From Mobula hypostoma (Eukaryota), in NCBI RefSeq assembly GCF_963921235.1, contig NC_086097.1, positions 219,978,001 through 220,042,000 on the forward strand: a DNA stretch of 64,000 nt. Direction: 5' to 3'. The notes under the pieces were generated by a model. That model was given only the letters and a program-made list of their open reading frames with translations. It had not been told where the DNA came from and did no database searches. Below are positions 23,730 to 35,768 of this stretch, in pieces. Numbering within the stretch: position 1 is the stretch's first letter; each line of letters opens with the position of its first letter. A program made the position numbers and the translations under genes.

Positions 23730-25295
23730 TGAGACCATAAAACCACAAGACATAGTAGTAAATTTAGGCCATTTAGCCCATTGAGACTGCTTCACCATTC
23801 CACCATGGCTGATTGATTATCCCTCTCAATCCCATTCTCCTGCCTTCTCCCCATAACCTTTGACACCCTGACTAATCAAGAACCTATCAAATTTTGCTTT
23901 CAATTACTCAATGACTTGACTTCCACAGCTGTCCATGGCAATGAATTACACAGATTCACCACCCACTGGCTAAATAAATTCTTCCTCATCTCTGTTCTAA
24001 ATGGACATTCGTCTATCCTGAGGCTGTCCTCCCTAGTCCTAGAGTCATCCACTATACAAAACATCTTTTCCATATCCAATCTACCTAGGCTTTTCAATAT
24101 TTGACAGGATTTGATTAGATCACATCTTATCCTTTTAAGCTCTAGCGAGTACAGGCCTAGAGCCATCAAACGCTCCTCATACATTAACCCTTTCATTTCT
24201 GTTATTATTCCTGTGAACCTCCTCTAGACCCTCTCTGTTGCCAGCACATCTTTTCTTAGGAAAGGCGCCCAAAATTGCTCATAATACTCCAAACACGGTC
24301 TACTCAATGCCTTATAAAGCCACAGCATTACACCTTTGCTCTTATATTCTAGTGCCTTTGAAATGAATGTTAACATTGTATTTGCCTTCCTTACCACCAG
24401 CTCAACTTGTAAGTCAAACTTTAGGGAATCCTGCACAAGGTCTCACAAGTTCCTTTGCACCTCTAACTTTTGAATTTTCTCCCTGCATAGAAAATTATCT
24501 ACACCTTTATTCCTTCTACCAAGGTGCACAACTCTACACTTCCCTGAACTATATTCCATCTGCCACTTCTTTGCCCATTCTTCCAACCTGTCGAAATCCT
24601 TTTGCAGACTTCATGCTTCCTCAACACTACCTGTCTCTCCACGCATCTTTGTAGAGTCTGCAAACATTCAAATTATTGCCATAAAATGTGAAAAGAAGAA
24701 GTCCCATTACCAACCCCTGCTGAATACCACAGGTCACTAGCAGCCAACCAGAAAAGGCCCCCTTTATTCCAACTCTGCCTCCAGCCAGTCACCCAGTGTT
24801 GGATCCTGCAGTGCTGGAATGCCATATGTATGCAGTTATTTAGCTCTTCGATCTTCTGATTATTTTAGTCATGTTAGTATCAAGCCAGTATCTTTTCTGT
24901 AGCACCGTGGGCTCTTATCTTGTTAATCAGCCTCATCTGTGACACCTGGTCAAACGCCTTCTGAAAATCCATGTAAACAACATCAACAGACTCTCCTTTG
25001 TCTATCCAGCCTGTTACTTCCTCAAAGAATTCTAACAAATATGTTAGGCAAGATTCCACCTTAAATAAACCGTGCAGAGATTGGCCTACTTTATGATGGA
25101 ACACCAAGTATTTCGAAACCTCACCCTTTATAATAGACTTCAATATCTTCCCAACCACTTGGATCAGGCTAACTGGCCCACAATTTTCTTTCTTCGCCTC
25201 CCTCCTTTCGTCAAGAATGGAGTGAAATTTGTTATCTTCTAGTCCTATGGATCTATTCCAGACTCTGTTGATTCTTGAAAGATCATTACTGTTCA
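23730..25295 (-). mobile_element. 5'-truncated CR1 LINE
   Basis: DFQKAFDQV (ORF 24880-25296), YEERLMALGLYSLE (ORF 23900-24196), and a CR1 tail at 23730. Confidence 0.9.
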
Positions 25296-25864
25296 CTGAT
25301 ATATGGCCTTTGGGGAATCAGACAAGGCTTAGGGTTTGCTCTGGATGGGTGATGTACTGACACTCTGCAACTGTAATGTCTTTAAGGTGAAGCGGCTTTA
25401 TTTTAGGGCAACTGGGGTACCATAGAGTGGATGTGGAGAGGATGTTTCATGTATACAATTGCCTGAAATCTGCAGCGACCTCCTTCACAGCCCACCATTA
25501 CTTAGAGCAAAAATAGAAAATATAATGAGGCATCAAGTGTCTGTGAATCATTGATACTTGTTTATTTGCACTAAATTTTGTAGCAAAATTGTGTTTACTT
25601 CTATCCACATTTACGAACAGATTTGACCAATAAATTGTCTTAATTTTTTAAAAATTTAATAAGGGGAGCATGATTCAGAACATAGAACTTCATTGTTTCA
25701 TTGACATTTGGCAAAATGGGAATTCAATCAGCTGATGCCAATGAGCAGAAGAATCTCAGTGATAATCATTTTTATCATTGCTCAATTGAAAACGCAACAG
25801 GTCAACATTACCCCAACTGTTTTTCTTAAATGCATGGGTCTGCTGCTCATATGGGAATCTTAGT

Positions 25865-28800
25865 CTTCCCAGATTAAGATTCCATGTCTCCAGACCATGG
25901 ATACCACTGTCGCCAATTCTGGCTCCAAGGATTCCAGATAGCTCCAGACTGGGTATCCTACCATTGCCATTTCTGGTCCCATGACCACTGGTGCCATCAA
26001 ACTACCAATTACCTGGCCTCCAGCTCCAACACCAGGCCAATTCATTTCTCACTGCTACTGGGTCTCTGGGCCCTCCTTCCCTCCCCCTATCCCTAGGTCT
26101 CTCAGGGCTTCCCCATATCCTCTTGGATTCTCCCACCCTACCTTTCCTGAAGATCCCAACTCTCCCATCTCCTTTGATGCTTCCAACTCCCTTCCCCCCT
26201 TTGATCCCAGCTCTAATCCCTGCCATGTCTTCACCATCACCACCCCCCCCGACCTGAATGTTCTGTCCTCAGCAACAGCATGTTCCCCTTCACCTGCGCC
26301 TCAGTTATTTTCATGCCTGCCACAATGCCGAGTTCTTACTCCATCACCACCATCTCTGAGCCCACTTCTTTAGCAAGCTTCTCCTCTTCTTGGATAACCC
26401 ACTCTGGTTTTCTGCCTATTCTGGATCCTTTCATCTAAAATTGCGATGAGACATCAACCCAGCTCAACTTCAGCACTCCCTTCTCTGCAAACCGTATCCC
26501 TTCTGAACGCACCGCACTGCACTCTCTCTGCAGCAATCCCATCCTCAGCATCACACCCACAGACAAAGGGGGTGCTGTTGTAGTCCGGCGAACTGACCTC
26601 TACCTTAATGAGGTCAAGTGGCAACTCTCAGACATCTCCTCTTACTTACCCTTTGTAAAGGACCCCACTCAGGACCATCAAGATATGGCCTCTGCCATCA
26701 TCACAAACCAGGGAGAGAGAGAACCTGTGGGCTGCTGAATGCCAGATGAATTGCAATTGTCTTTGGGGTAATTGCAAGGTCTGTGTCTTTGCTATCACTT
26801 AGCTCACGCTTATGCTCGGTAGCGGGTGTGCTCTTTGTTTTGCCAGTGGGGGGAAGGGGGATTGTTGCTCGCTGCTGCTTATGAGTGGGAAGGGGGAGCT
26901 GGAGGGGGGACTTTGAGGTTCTCATGTTTAACTGTCGTTCGTTCTTTGAGGCACTTCTCTGTTTTCGTGGATGTTTTGCGAAGAAAAAACATTTCAGGAT
27001 GTATATTGTATATATTTCTCTGACTTTAAATTGGACCTTTGAACCTTCGAAACCTCATCAACTCCGGAAATCTTTCATCCACTGCCACCAACTTCACAGT
27101 TTCCTTACCCCATACTACTCATCTCTTTCTCATAGAACAGCAACAGGCCATTCAACCCACTGTATCTCCTACCCAAGATCCACACACCTGATTGTCCAGG
27201 TAGGCCCATTGTTTCTGCCTGCTTTTCCCCCACTGAACGTGTCTGCTTACCTTGATTCCATTTTATCCTCCTTGTTTCTGTCTCCCTTCCCAGCTACATA
27301 TGTGACACTTCACATGCTCTCAATCTCCTCAACTTTCCATTCTTTGGCCCTGATTGCCTCATTTTCACCATGGAGGCCCAGTCCCTATACACTTCTATCT
27401 TCCATCAAGAAGGCCTTAAAACTCTCTCTTGACAACAGACCCAACCAATTCCCTTCCACCGTCACACTCCTGCATCTGATGGTAATGGTCCTCACACTCA
27501 ACAATTCCTGTTTCAGTATCCCACTTTCTCCAGACTCAAGATGTAGCCATGGGCACCCGCATGGCTCCCAGCTTTGACTGCCTTTTCATTAACTACATGG
27601 AACAGTCCATGTTCCAACCCTTCCCTGGTAATGCTTCCAACTCTTTCTGCACTACACTGGCGACTGCATTGGTGCTGCTTCATGCATCCACGCTGAGCTC
27701 ATCAATTTCATCAATTTTCTCCCCAACCTCCACCCAGCCCTTAAATTCACTTGGTCCATTTCTGACACCTCTCTCCCCTTTCTTGATCTCTCCATCTCCA
27801 TGTCTGGAGACAAACCATCTATCAATACCTGTTATAAACCTTACCAATTCCCACAGCTATCTTGACTATAAGTCTTCCCATCCTGTCTCCTGTAAAAATG
27901 CCATTCCCTTTTCTCAGTTCCTTCATCTACACTGCATCAATTCCCGGGATGATGCTGTTCTTTCCAAGACATTAGAGATGTCCTTCTTCTTCAGAAAACT
28001 GGGTTTCCCTTCCTCTACCCTCACGCACATGTCCTCCATTTCCCAGACATCCACGTTCACCCTATGTTTCCACTACCTTAACAAGAATGAAGTTCCACTC
28101 GTCCTCACCTACATACCACCTCATCAGCCTCTGCAACATCCTCTTTCTTCAATGGTACCCTACAACCAAACACATATTTACCTCTGCCACTCTCTGCTTT
28201 CCACAAAGGTCGTTCCCTCCATGATACCCTTGTCCATTCATCCCTCTTCACTAATCTCCCTCCTGGCACTTATCCCTGTAAGCATAAGAAGTACTATAGC
28301 CATCCATTCAGGACCCCAGACAGTCCTTCCAGGTGAGGCAATACTTCACCTGTGAACCTGATGAGGTCACCTACCATATCCAATGCTCCCGATGTAGCTC
28401 CTCCACAATGGTGAGACCCAATGTAGACTGGGGACTGATTTGTTGAGTACCTTCGCTCCATTTGCAAAAAGCAGGATTTCCCAGAAGTAAATTTTTATTC
28501 CAATCCCCATTCCCATTCTGAAAGGTCAGTCCCTGGTCTCCTCTTCTGCCACAATGAGGCCACTCATAGGTTGGAGGAGCAACCCCTCATATTCCATCTA
28601 GGTATCCTCCAACCTGATGGCACGAACATCAATTTCTCCCACTTCCGGTAACTTTCCCCCTTCCCCTTCCCTCGGTCAATTTCCCACTTGGCCCCCGCTT
28701 TACCTCTTCTGCTCAACTGCCTATCACTTCCCCTTGGTACCCATCCTCCTTCTCTTTCTCCCATGGTCTACTCTCCTCTCCAGTCAGATTCTTTCTTCTC

Positions 28801-29057
28801 CAGCCCTTCACCATTTCCACCAATACCCTCCCAGCTTCTTACTTCATCCTCTCCCCCAACCCCCTGGCTTCACCTAGCACATTCTAGCTTTCACTCCTCT
28901 GCACCCCCCCCCCCACACACACACACACCTTCTTACTCTGGTACCTTCACCCTTCCTTTCCAGTCCTGATGAAGGATCTCAGCTTGAACTGTCGACTGTT
29001 TATCCCTCCCCATGGCTGCTGCCTGAGTACTAAGTTCCTCCAGCATTTTGTGTGTGT
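25865..29057 (+). mobile_element. Long degenerate Penelope-like retroelement (RT and GIY-YIG relic) with terminal hammerhead-type repeat
   Basis: ITPTDKGGAVVV near 26550, MGTRMAPS (27549), LDYKSSHPVSCKNAIPFSQFL, and a decayed GIY-YIG region at about 28340-28460. Terminal repeat CAGTCCTGATGAAGG...TGTGTGT at 28961-29057. The 5' boundary is uncertain. Confidence 0.85.
26708..27047 (+). mobile_element. Unclassified short retroposon fragment nested in the PLE
   Basis: Interrupts the PLE reading frame and ends in a CCTTTGAACCTT tail, similar to the tails near 32640 and 51930. Confidence 0.55.
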
Positions 29058-29110
29058 AAACCTTAGTCTTTCATTGCTTCAGGAGAAAAACTAACAAACT
29101 CGATACTCAC

Positions 29111-29270
29111 CCTTGTGCTTTCATTGACGAGGACTGAGCAACCAGCCAGACAAGGACTGAAGTATGTTATCCCATCTGATCCACAGACAGGTTCATAATC
29201 ATGGATTCTGCATCCACAGTTAACGTTGCAGTCGCCGGTTAGATTTCTGTGCGTCATTGTAAGTGAAGGG
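29111..29270 (-). CDS. SLCO5A1: SLCO5A1 coding exon (160 nt, phase 2-0), Kazal-like extracellular domain
   Basis: Encodes PSLTMTHRNLTGDCNVNCGCRIHDYEPVCGSDGITYFSPCLAGCSVLVNESTR, with the OATP Kazal-type motif PVCGSDGITY..PC.AGC. TTCCAG acceptor and GTGAG donor. Confidence 0.95.
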
Positions 29271-29494
29271 CTGGAAAGGAAACAAAAAGAGCAGCTTCTG
29301 CCTTAATTCTTCTACCATAGACCCCCGAGCTTGCCTAATCATCATTCTTAAACATTGCTTTAAAACAATCAACTATTATTCTTTTCCAGTGAGGCTGGAA
29401 AGGTTTAGGCAGACATAACTGATCTCCAAGTGAATCTACATGAGGGTTGCTGGAAGATAGCTCAATAATCAATAAATACTGATGAATGCTTGCA

Positions 29495-29776
29495 GACTTT
29501 TCCCCTCAGGTTGGTAGAGACTAGAGGTCATAGTTTTAGGGAGAAAGGTGAAATATCCAAGGGGAATCTGAGGGGAAACTTCTCGTTCAGAGGGTGATAC
29601 GAGTGTAGAACGAGCTGCCAATGGAAGTGGCGGATATGAGATCAAATTTCAACATTTAAGAAAAGTTTGGACAGAAGGGGTTTGGATTGATATGGGCCAG
29701 GTATAGATCAACATTGACTGGATGGGCTGAAGGGCCTTCTTTCTGTGCAGTAGTATTATATAACTCTATGACTCTA
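29495..29776 (+). mobile_element. CR1 LINE 3' fragment
   Basis: CTAGAGGTCATAG (TRGH region) and an ACTCTATGACTCT tail. Confidence 0.8.
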
Positions 29777-30029
29777 AATTAGGGAAATAATAAAGTAATT
29801 TTCAGCTAAGTATATTCCAATAATTTACATTTTTCAAGTTTTCCCCATACTACTAATGTGAGGTTTCTTTTGGCTTTCACACCACCATGGCGATTTGGTA
29901 TTTAAATTTATGAACAGATCTGAAAGTGAATAAGGAAAGATTACTCCTCTAGCAGAGTCACTGATCAATACTAAATTTTTAATAACCCTTAACAATAAAG
30001 AAAAAGGTAAGGCACGGGCTTCTCGGAAC

Positions 30030-30515
30030 AAGACACAAAGGAGCCAAAGGAACTTAGCAGGTCAGGCAGCAATCCACAGTTGAAAATTCAGGTTGAAATC
30101 CTTCATCAGGACTGAAAATATTCAGGGGAGATAGGTGTGGGGAAAGGAATAGAGAGCTGCTGATGGGTGCAGTTGGATCCAGCTGAAAGGCATGATTCGC
30201 AGTTGAGGGAGGAAGGAGTGTGGGAATGCTGCATGAGATTGGGAGCCAATAGGTGAAAGTGAAAAAGGCCTGAAGAAAATGCATTCTGATAGGAGATAAT
30301 AAAGACAAGGAGGTAGGGAAGGGTACCAGTGGGAGGAAAGGGACAGTGGTTAGTGGAAATTAGAGGAATCATTGTTTATGCTGTAAGGTTGGAGAATGTT
30401 GAGGTATTGTTCCTCTAATCTGCATCTAGCCTCAAATGAACAGTGGAGAGGCTGAGGACCGATGTGTCAGTGTGGGAATGGGAAGGGGAATTAAGTTGGC
30501 TGGCCACTGGGAGAT
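30030..30515 (-). mobile_element. Degenerate PLE 3' fragment
   Basis: CAGCAGGTCAGGCAGCA-like start and CCTTCATCAGGACTG, followed by a purine-rich tract like 15921-16418. Confidence 0.7.
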
Positions 30516-30639
30516 GGTTAATTCTCAGAGTTTGAATCCTTTTTATCAGAGATTGATTGTGGCAGTGACCAGGGAATGTGGCTAAAAATATATATATTTA
30601 TCCAAATAAATAGTCGCTTTCAAATCATTTGTATAAATA

Positions 30640-31490
30640 ATGAATAACAAGGGTCTTAACACCAATCCCTGCAGTATACCAATGGTCATCATTCTAAGAA
30701 ATAATCTTCAACCACCACCCTCTGCTTCCTACCTCCAAGCCAATGCTGAATGCACCCAACAAGTTCTCCCTGGATCCTATGGGACCTAACCTTCCAGGCC
30801 AGCAGGACATTATTGAAGGTCTAGCTAAGTTCTAAATAGAAAAAAATTCACCACCCTGCCCTCATATATCCTTCTGGTTTCTTCTTCAAAGAACTCTAAA
30901 GAATTCATCAAGCATGACTTTCCAGACAAAGCCATGTTAAATCCTGCTCATCACACTCTCAAATGCTGGTATAACCTGTTCCTCAGAATGCCCTCTAGCA
31001 TTTTCCATCACTGGTGTTTGACTGGTGTGCCTGGAGTTCTCTGGCTTGTCCTTGCTACCCTTCTTAAGCAATGAAACAACATTAGCAAGGGCCTACAAAA
31101 TTCCTTCTGTAGCCTCTATTCATAAAGTCCATTTGGTCAGGCTCTGGTGATTTATCTGCCTTAATGCACTGTAAAGTTACAAGTACCTCCACCTGTAATA
31201 CAAATGTTTTCCAAAACATCTCCACTTGTTTCCATTATCTCTTGAGCAACCATGATTTTCTGCTCAGTAAACTCAGAGGATAATTTTTTTAAAAATCTCA
31301 GTCATTTCCTGTGGCTCGAGACTTAACGTAGGTGTCTCTGTTCTTCTCTAAGGGGACCTATTCTCTCCTAGGTCCCCTCTTACTTTAGTATAGCAACAGA
31401 ACCTCTTGGGATTTTCTTTAAACATGTTTGCCAGATTTATCCCATTCCCTCTCTATGCCCTTCCGATTCCCCTCTTAAGTGTATTCTGCC
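30640..31490 (-). mobile_element. Old CR1 internal fragment
   Basis: Degenerate similarity to the minus-strand CR1 RT regions at 46400-47300. Confidence 0.6.
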
Positions 31491-31639
31491 TACACGCATG
31501 CTTCTTGGCATGTATTAAAATAGCCTCTTACAATGATCCTGACCTTCTGGTCTTCACCATTTGACAAGGAGCTAGAGTACTTTGCTGAGCACAGAGTATT
31601 GGCGGTAAATAGTTTTGAATAGCTCTGAAATCCAAGCTG

Positions 31640-31980
31640 GAAAAGGTATGTCTCCAAGACATCTTTAAGAGACAGTGCCTCAAGAAGGCAGCATCCATCA
31701 TTAAGGCTTCTCACCATAAGGGCATGCCCTTTTCTCATTACTAACAATGGAAAGGAGGTACAAGAGCCTAAAAACCCACACTCAACATTTTAGGACTAGC
31801 TTTTTCCACAGTCACCATCAGATTTCTAACAGTCCATGAGCAATAACTCATTGTTCCCTTTATCACTATTTATTTACTTATTATAGCATAGTAATTTTTA
31901 TGTCTTGAACTGTTTCACTGCCATAAAACTTCACTTCAACAACTTAGGCCAGTGATAGTAAACCTGATTCCAATTCTGAT
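31640..31980 (+). mobile_element. Rex1/Babar-type LINE 3' fragment
   Basis: CLKKAASIIK..H..GHALFSLL..GRRY.SLKTHT-like remnant; tail AAACCTGATTCCAATTCTGA. Confidence 0.6.
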
Positions 31981-32186
31981 ACTAGAAAGTGAAAAATATC
32001 ACACCAGGGTCATTTGTGGGTCGTTAACCTTGCTGTTTATAAAGATAAAGATATTTAAGAATTAAGTTGCCCTATATGTCCCATAACAGGAAGTAAACCT
32101 TTGTTTATATCTGTCCATATTTATAAATAGATCAAGCCAGTAAATAGCTTCTATTTTTTTTTAAGGAAAAGGGGCTGGAAATCAAC

Positions 32187-32650
32187 TTCTGGTTCAAGAT
32201 GGCACTGGTGACCCTCAGCGATTTCTGGCTGGTGGCTAACAAAACAAGGATAGCAACTAAATACATTGTTAATCACATTTTTCCTGGCAAATGATCATGG
32301 TAAGTAATAGCCTGTAACTTTCCTTTGGACATGAAGGCAACTCGATGTGGCAGAACCGAGGCAGGGCGAGCCTCGAACCCATCACCAAGAGGTTCGATCG
32401 TTTTAACGCTGTGCTGAAGGCCGTATCAAGGCGGCAAGGTCCAGGCACCAGAGTGTACCAATTTGACTGAACTCTGTGTTTGGTTGGGACTGAAGCACCC
32501 TGTCTGCATGATGTGCTTGTTTCCTCTCTGCACATTGGGTGTTCGACAGTCTTTTTTTAAATGGATTTTTGGGGGTTTCCTTGTTTCATGACTGCCTGTT
32601 AGGTTGTATAATATATCCATACTTAGATAATAAATGTACTTTGAACTTTA
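32187..32650 (+). mobile_element. Non-autonomous retroposon (CAAGATGGC start, AATAAA plus ACTTTGA tail)
   Basis: Starts CTTCTGGTTCAAGATGGC and ends AATAAATGTACTTTGAACTTT. Not classified further. Confidence 0.5.
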
Positions 32651-33172
32651 ATGAGGGATTAAACATTTATCAAGTTTGATGTCCACCATCAGCTGATGCC
32701 AGTTAATTAGCCTGATGTTCTTATCTTTAATCCAATGATTATGAACGAACCATGAAGGAAAACCTTGTACACTACTCTGAATCACACCAGAATCAGTTTT
32801 AGTATCACTGGCACATATCTGCTTTTAATACAAATTGACCACAACCGCAGTTTCACTTGAATCCATCAATATTACCAGAACTCTTCACGTACTTCCTGCT
32901 GCATAACCAGAACTATGTGACTTGTTTTGGTCAATGAGAAGGAAATAGATTTTGCTAGTTGTTTGAAACCACAAATGACTCTTATTTTCCACTGTGCCCA
33001 ATTATTTTTTCACTTTAAAACTGACATAAAGGATACCAGGACCAATAAACAAACAGCTGCCAATTTACTGTTAGCATTCTCTTTTTTTTTATCAATTTTA
33101 CTCTCAAACATTATTACAGACAGAACTTGGCAATCACAAAAAGTCCAAAATGTAAAGTAAGATATTTCTTAC

Positions 33173-33371
33173 CCTGTGGTGTAGGGTATATTAATGCCTC
33201 CGAGATTAATGCTTTCACAGCCAACAATAAAGAGTGTGGAGAAGCACAGCAAAGAAACCCCACTACAGATCATCGCAAGTTTAGCTGATTCTCGCGCGCC
33301 AAGCTTGAGCTTTTTAATAATGTAGCCCCCAAGGATAATGCCAACACCAGCACTGGGAACAATGACCACAC
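33173..33371 (-). CDS. SLCO5A1: SLCO5A1 coding exon (199 nt, phase 1-2)
   Basis: Encodes (G)VVIVPSAGVGIILGGYIIKKLKLGARESAKLAMICSGVSLLCFSTLFIVGCESINLGGINIPYTT(G). TGCAG acceptor and GTAAG donor; phase matches both neighbours. Confidence 0.95.
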
Positions 33372-33778
33372 CTGCAATTAAATCAGAGCACCAATTTATA
33401 AATTATTCACATATAGAGAACTACGCATCATTTCTAAAGTGTAGTGTATGAGTGAAGCAAGTTTAACAGCTTCACAGATACTCTTTTAAGTTCATATAAA
33501 GCATTTATAAACTACCTAACCTCATTACCTAAACCTTGGTGTATTCACAGGATGGACGAGATCCTGTTTGGTAATTAACACCCCTCTTTAACAGTTCCTT
33601 GTTCTTACTGTCATTCTCTAAATAATTCTGTAGATCGTTTTAACTTACACATTTCCTCACAGAAACGTAATTTAGTTTAACTAACAGACAAGACAAATAC
33701 ATTTATTCATTAGAAATGGAGCTCCTGAACATTTTCAATCTAACAATACACTGTTCACCTTAAAGGTTTCTACAATAT

Positions 33779-35117
33779 CATCATCATCATCAGGTGCCAT
33801 GCCCAGATTGAGCTTTGACTGCCATGGCCCACACACTCCTGTTTCAGGTCAAGTGGATCAATTCATTGGCATTCATTTCCAGTTCTCTGGCTGCTGTCTC
33901 CATCATCATTTGTCTTTGTCTTCCTCTTGCTTTCTTTCCTTCAATCTTCCCCATAATTACCATCCATTCTAACTCCTCTTTCCCAATCACATGTCCAATG
34001 AAGTTACGTTGCCTTTTCATGATCTCACACATTATTTCTCTTTTTGTGTTTGCTCTGTATACGACACCCTCGTTAGATATTCGTTTCATCCATGATATTC
34101 TTTGCATCCTCCTCAAAAACCACATCTCTGCTGCTACAATTCATTTCCTCATGTTACTAGATATTGTCCAACATTCTGAGCCATATAACATAACTGGATA
34201 AACGTAACATTTCAGTACTCTGAGGCGAGTTGTCATGCCTAGTTTAGTATTGGTCAGCATACTCTTCACTCTCGTAAAGGTGTCTTTTGCCATCCCTATT
34301 CCTCTTTTGATGTCCATGTCGCATCTGCCATCTGATGTCACCCAGCTTCCTTAGTAGCAAAAGTTCTGTACTTGTTTTATGTCTTCCCCGTTTTATGTCT
34401 TCAACAATTATATCGATTAAGTTTTGTAGTTCTTCCTCCGTACTTGCAATTAACACAGTGTCATCTGCATATCTGAAATTATTGATGTTTTCACCGCCAA
34501 CTTTGATTCCCAAGATGTCTCTTATTTTTTGTAATATTGTTTCACTGTACACATTAAATAAATCAGGGGAGAAAACACACCCTTGTCTAATGCCTCTCTT
34601 GATTTTCCTAAAGTGACTCACTTCTCCATCTATTCTTACAGCGGCAGTTCGTTCCCAGTACAGATTTCTGATTAGGCAGAGGTCTTTTGAATCTAGATTT
34701 AGAGTTTTCTGTGATATTTCAAATAACTTATTGTGCTTCACGTTATCAAATGCTTTTGTGTAGTTGATAAAACAAATCTTTTTGCACTTGAATAGCTCAT
34801 TCTGATAGTATCCTTAACATCAATATTGCATTTCTTGTACCTTTGTCTTTCATAAAACCACATTGTTCTTTACCTATTTCAGCTTGTATCTTACTTTTAG
34901 CCCTTGTCATCAAAATTCTTGGAAGTATCTTGGTGATATGACTCATTAAACTTATGGTCCTATGTAATTCACATTCTATTGCTCCAGGTTTCTTAAGAAG
35001 AGTGATAAATACTGATTTTTTCATCTCTTCTGGTATTATTCCAGTCTCATAAATGTCATTGATTAAATCAGTAAGCTTTTGAATTCCATAATCTTCAAGG
35101 GCAATAATTTGTTCTAT
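33779..35117 (-). mobile_element. 5'-truncated RTE-clade LINE with 12-bp TSD
   Basis: RQGCVFSPDLFNVY and NNFRYADDTVL (ORF 34244-34741); HRTISLMSHITKIL; LYGSECWT; (GAT)n tail. TSD TTTCTACAATAT at 33767-33778 and 35118-35129. Confidence 0.92.
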
Positions 35118-35449
35118 TTTCTACAATATACCACTGAGAATTTTAAATTTACCTGCCTTTCAAAAAAGATTCCAGGCTTAACTTATTGCTGATGCCATTA
35201 TTTGTGAAATGCTGTCATATTTTTCCAATAGAGCTAATCTTTTGACTGAAATATTAATCTGTATTTTCCTTTAAATTTTCACAATTGAAAAGTATTAGGA
35301 AATTTATAACTTTATTACCAAATACATCAGTGACAGATCTGGCTTGCTCTACTACCAAGTTGCATTTATGTATCATTTCTTTATTGTTAAAATATTCTGA
35401 GATGCCCCCCAGGTAGGCCTCAGAAATGTGGTTACTAGTAATGGAAAGG

Positions 35450-35768
35450 AGAAAAAGGATCGAAAGCTTTCCCAGTGTATATGATGAATAAACTCTTCTC
35501 GGGCTACCAGGGGTACAGATTGTGATTATAACTGACATTTTGATGACAAACTCTGCCATCTTCTTCAGGGATGATGTCTGGGCAAGTCTAGACTGGTGGT
35601 ATTTATAACCCCATTGTCTGTCCCTCCTGATTGGTTAGTCTTCACCCAATCAGGTTTTCAGTCTCCCACCTTGTTTACAATCAAATTCCAGTTCTTACTT
35701 AGAGTGAGACCTTCATCTTTGTTAAAGTTCTTTTCCTCTAGCTTTATTTCAATGGCTTCCTTTACCAG
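35450..35768 (-). mobile_element. Second Penelope-like family, 3' fragment
   Basis: 35768-35658 reads LVKEAIEIKLEEKNFNKDEGLTLSKNWNLIVNKVGD*, a PLE GIY-YIG C-terminus. The terminal repeat that follows is homologous to 39810-39993. Confidence 0.82.

Noticed and set aside
26885..28355. Two long ORFs (230 and 268 aa) as novel proteins
   Set aside because: They are mosaics of in-frame and out-of-frame PLE RT sequence in C/T-rich, stop-poor DNA.
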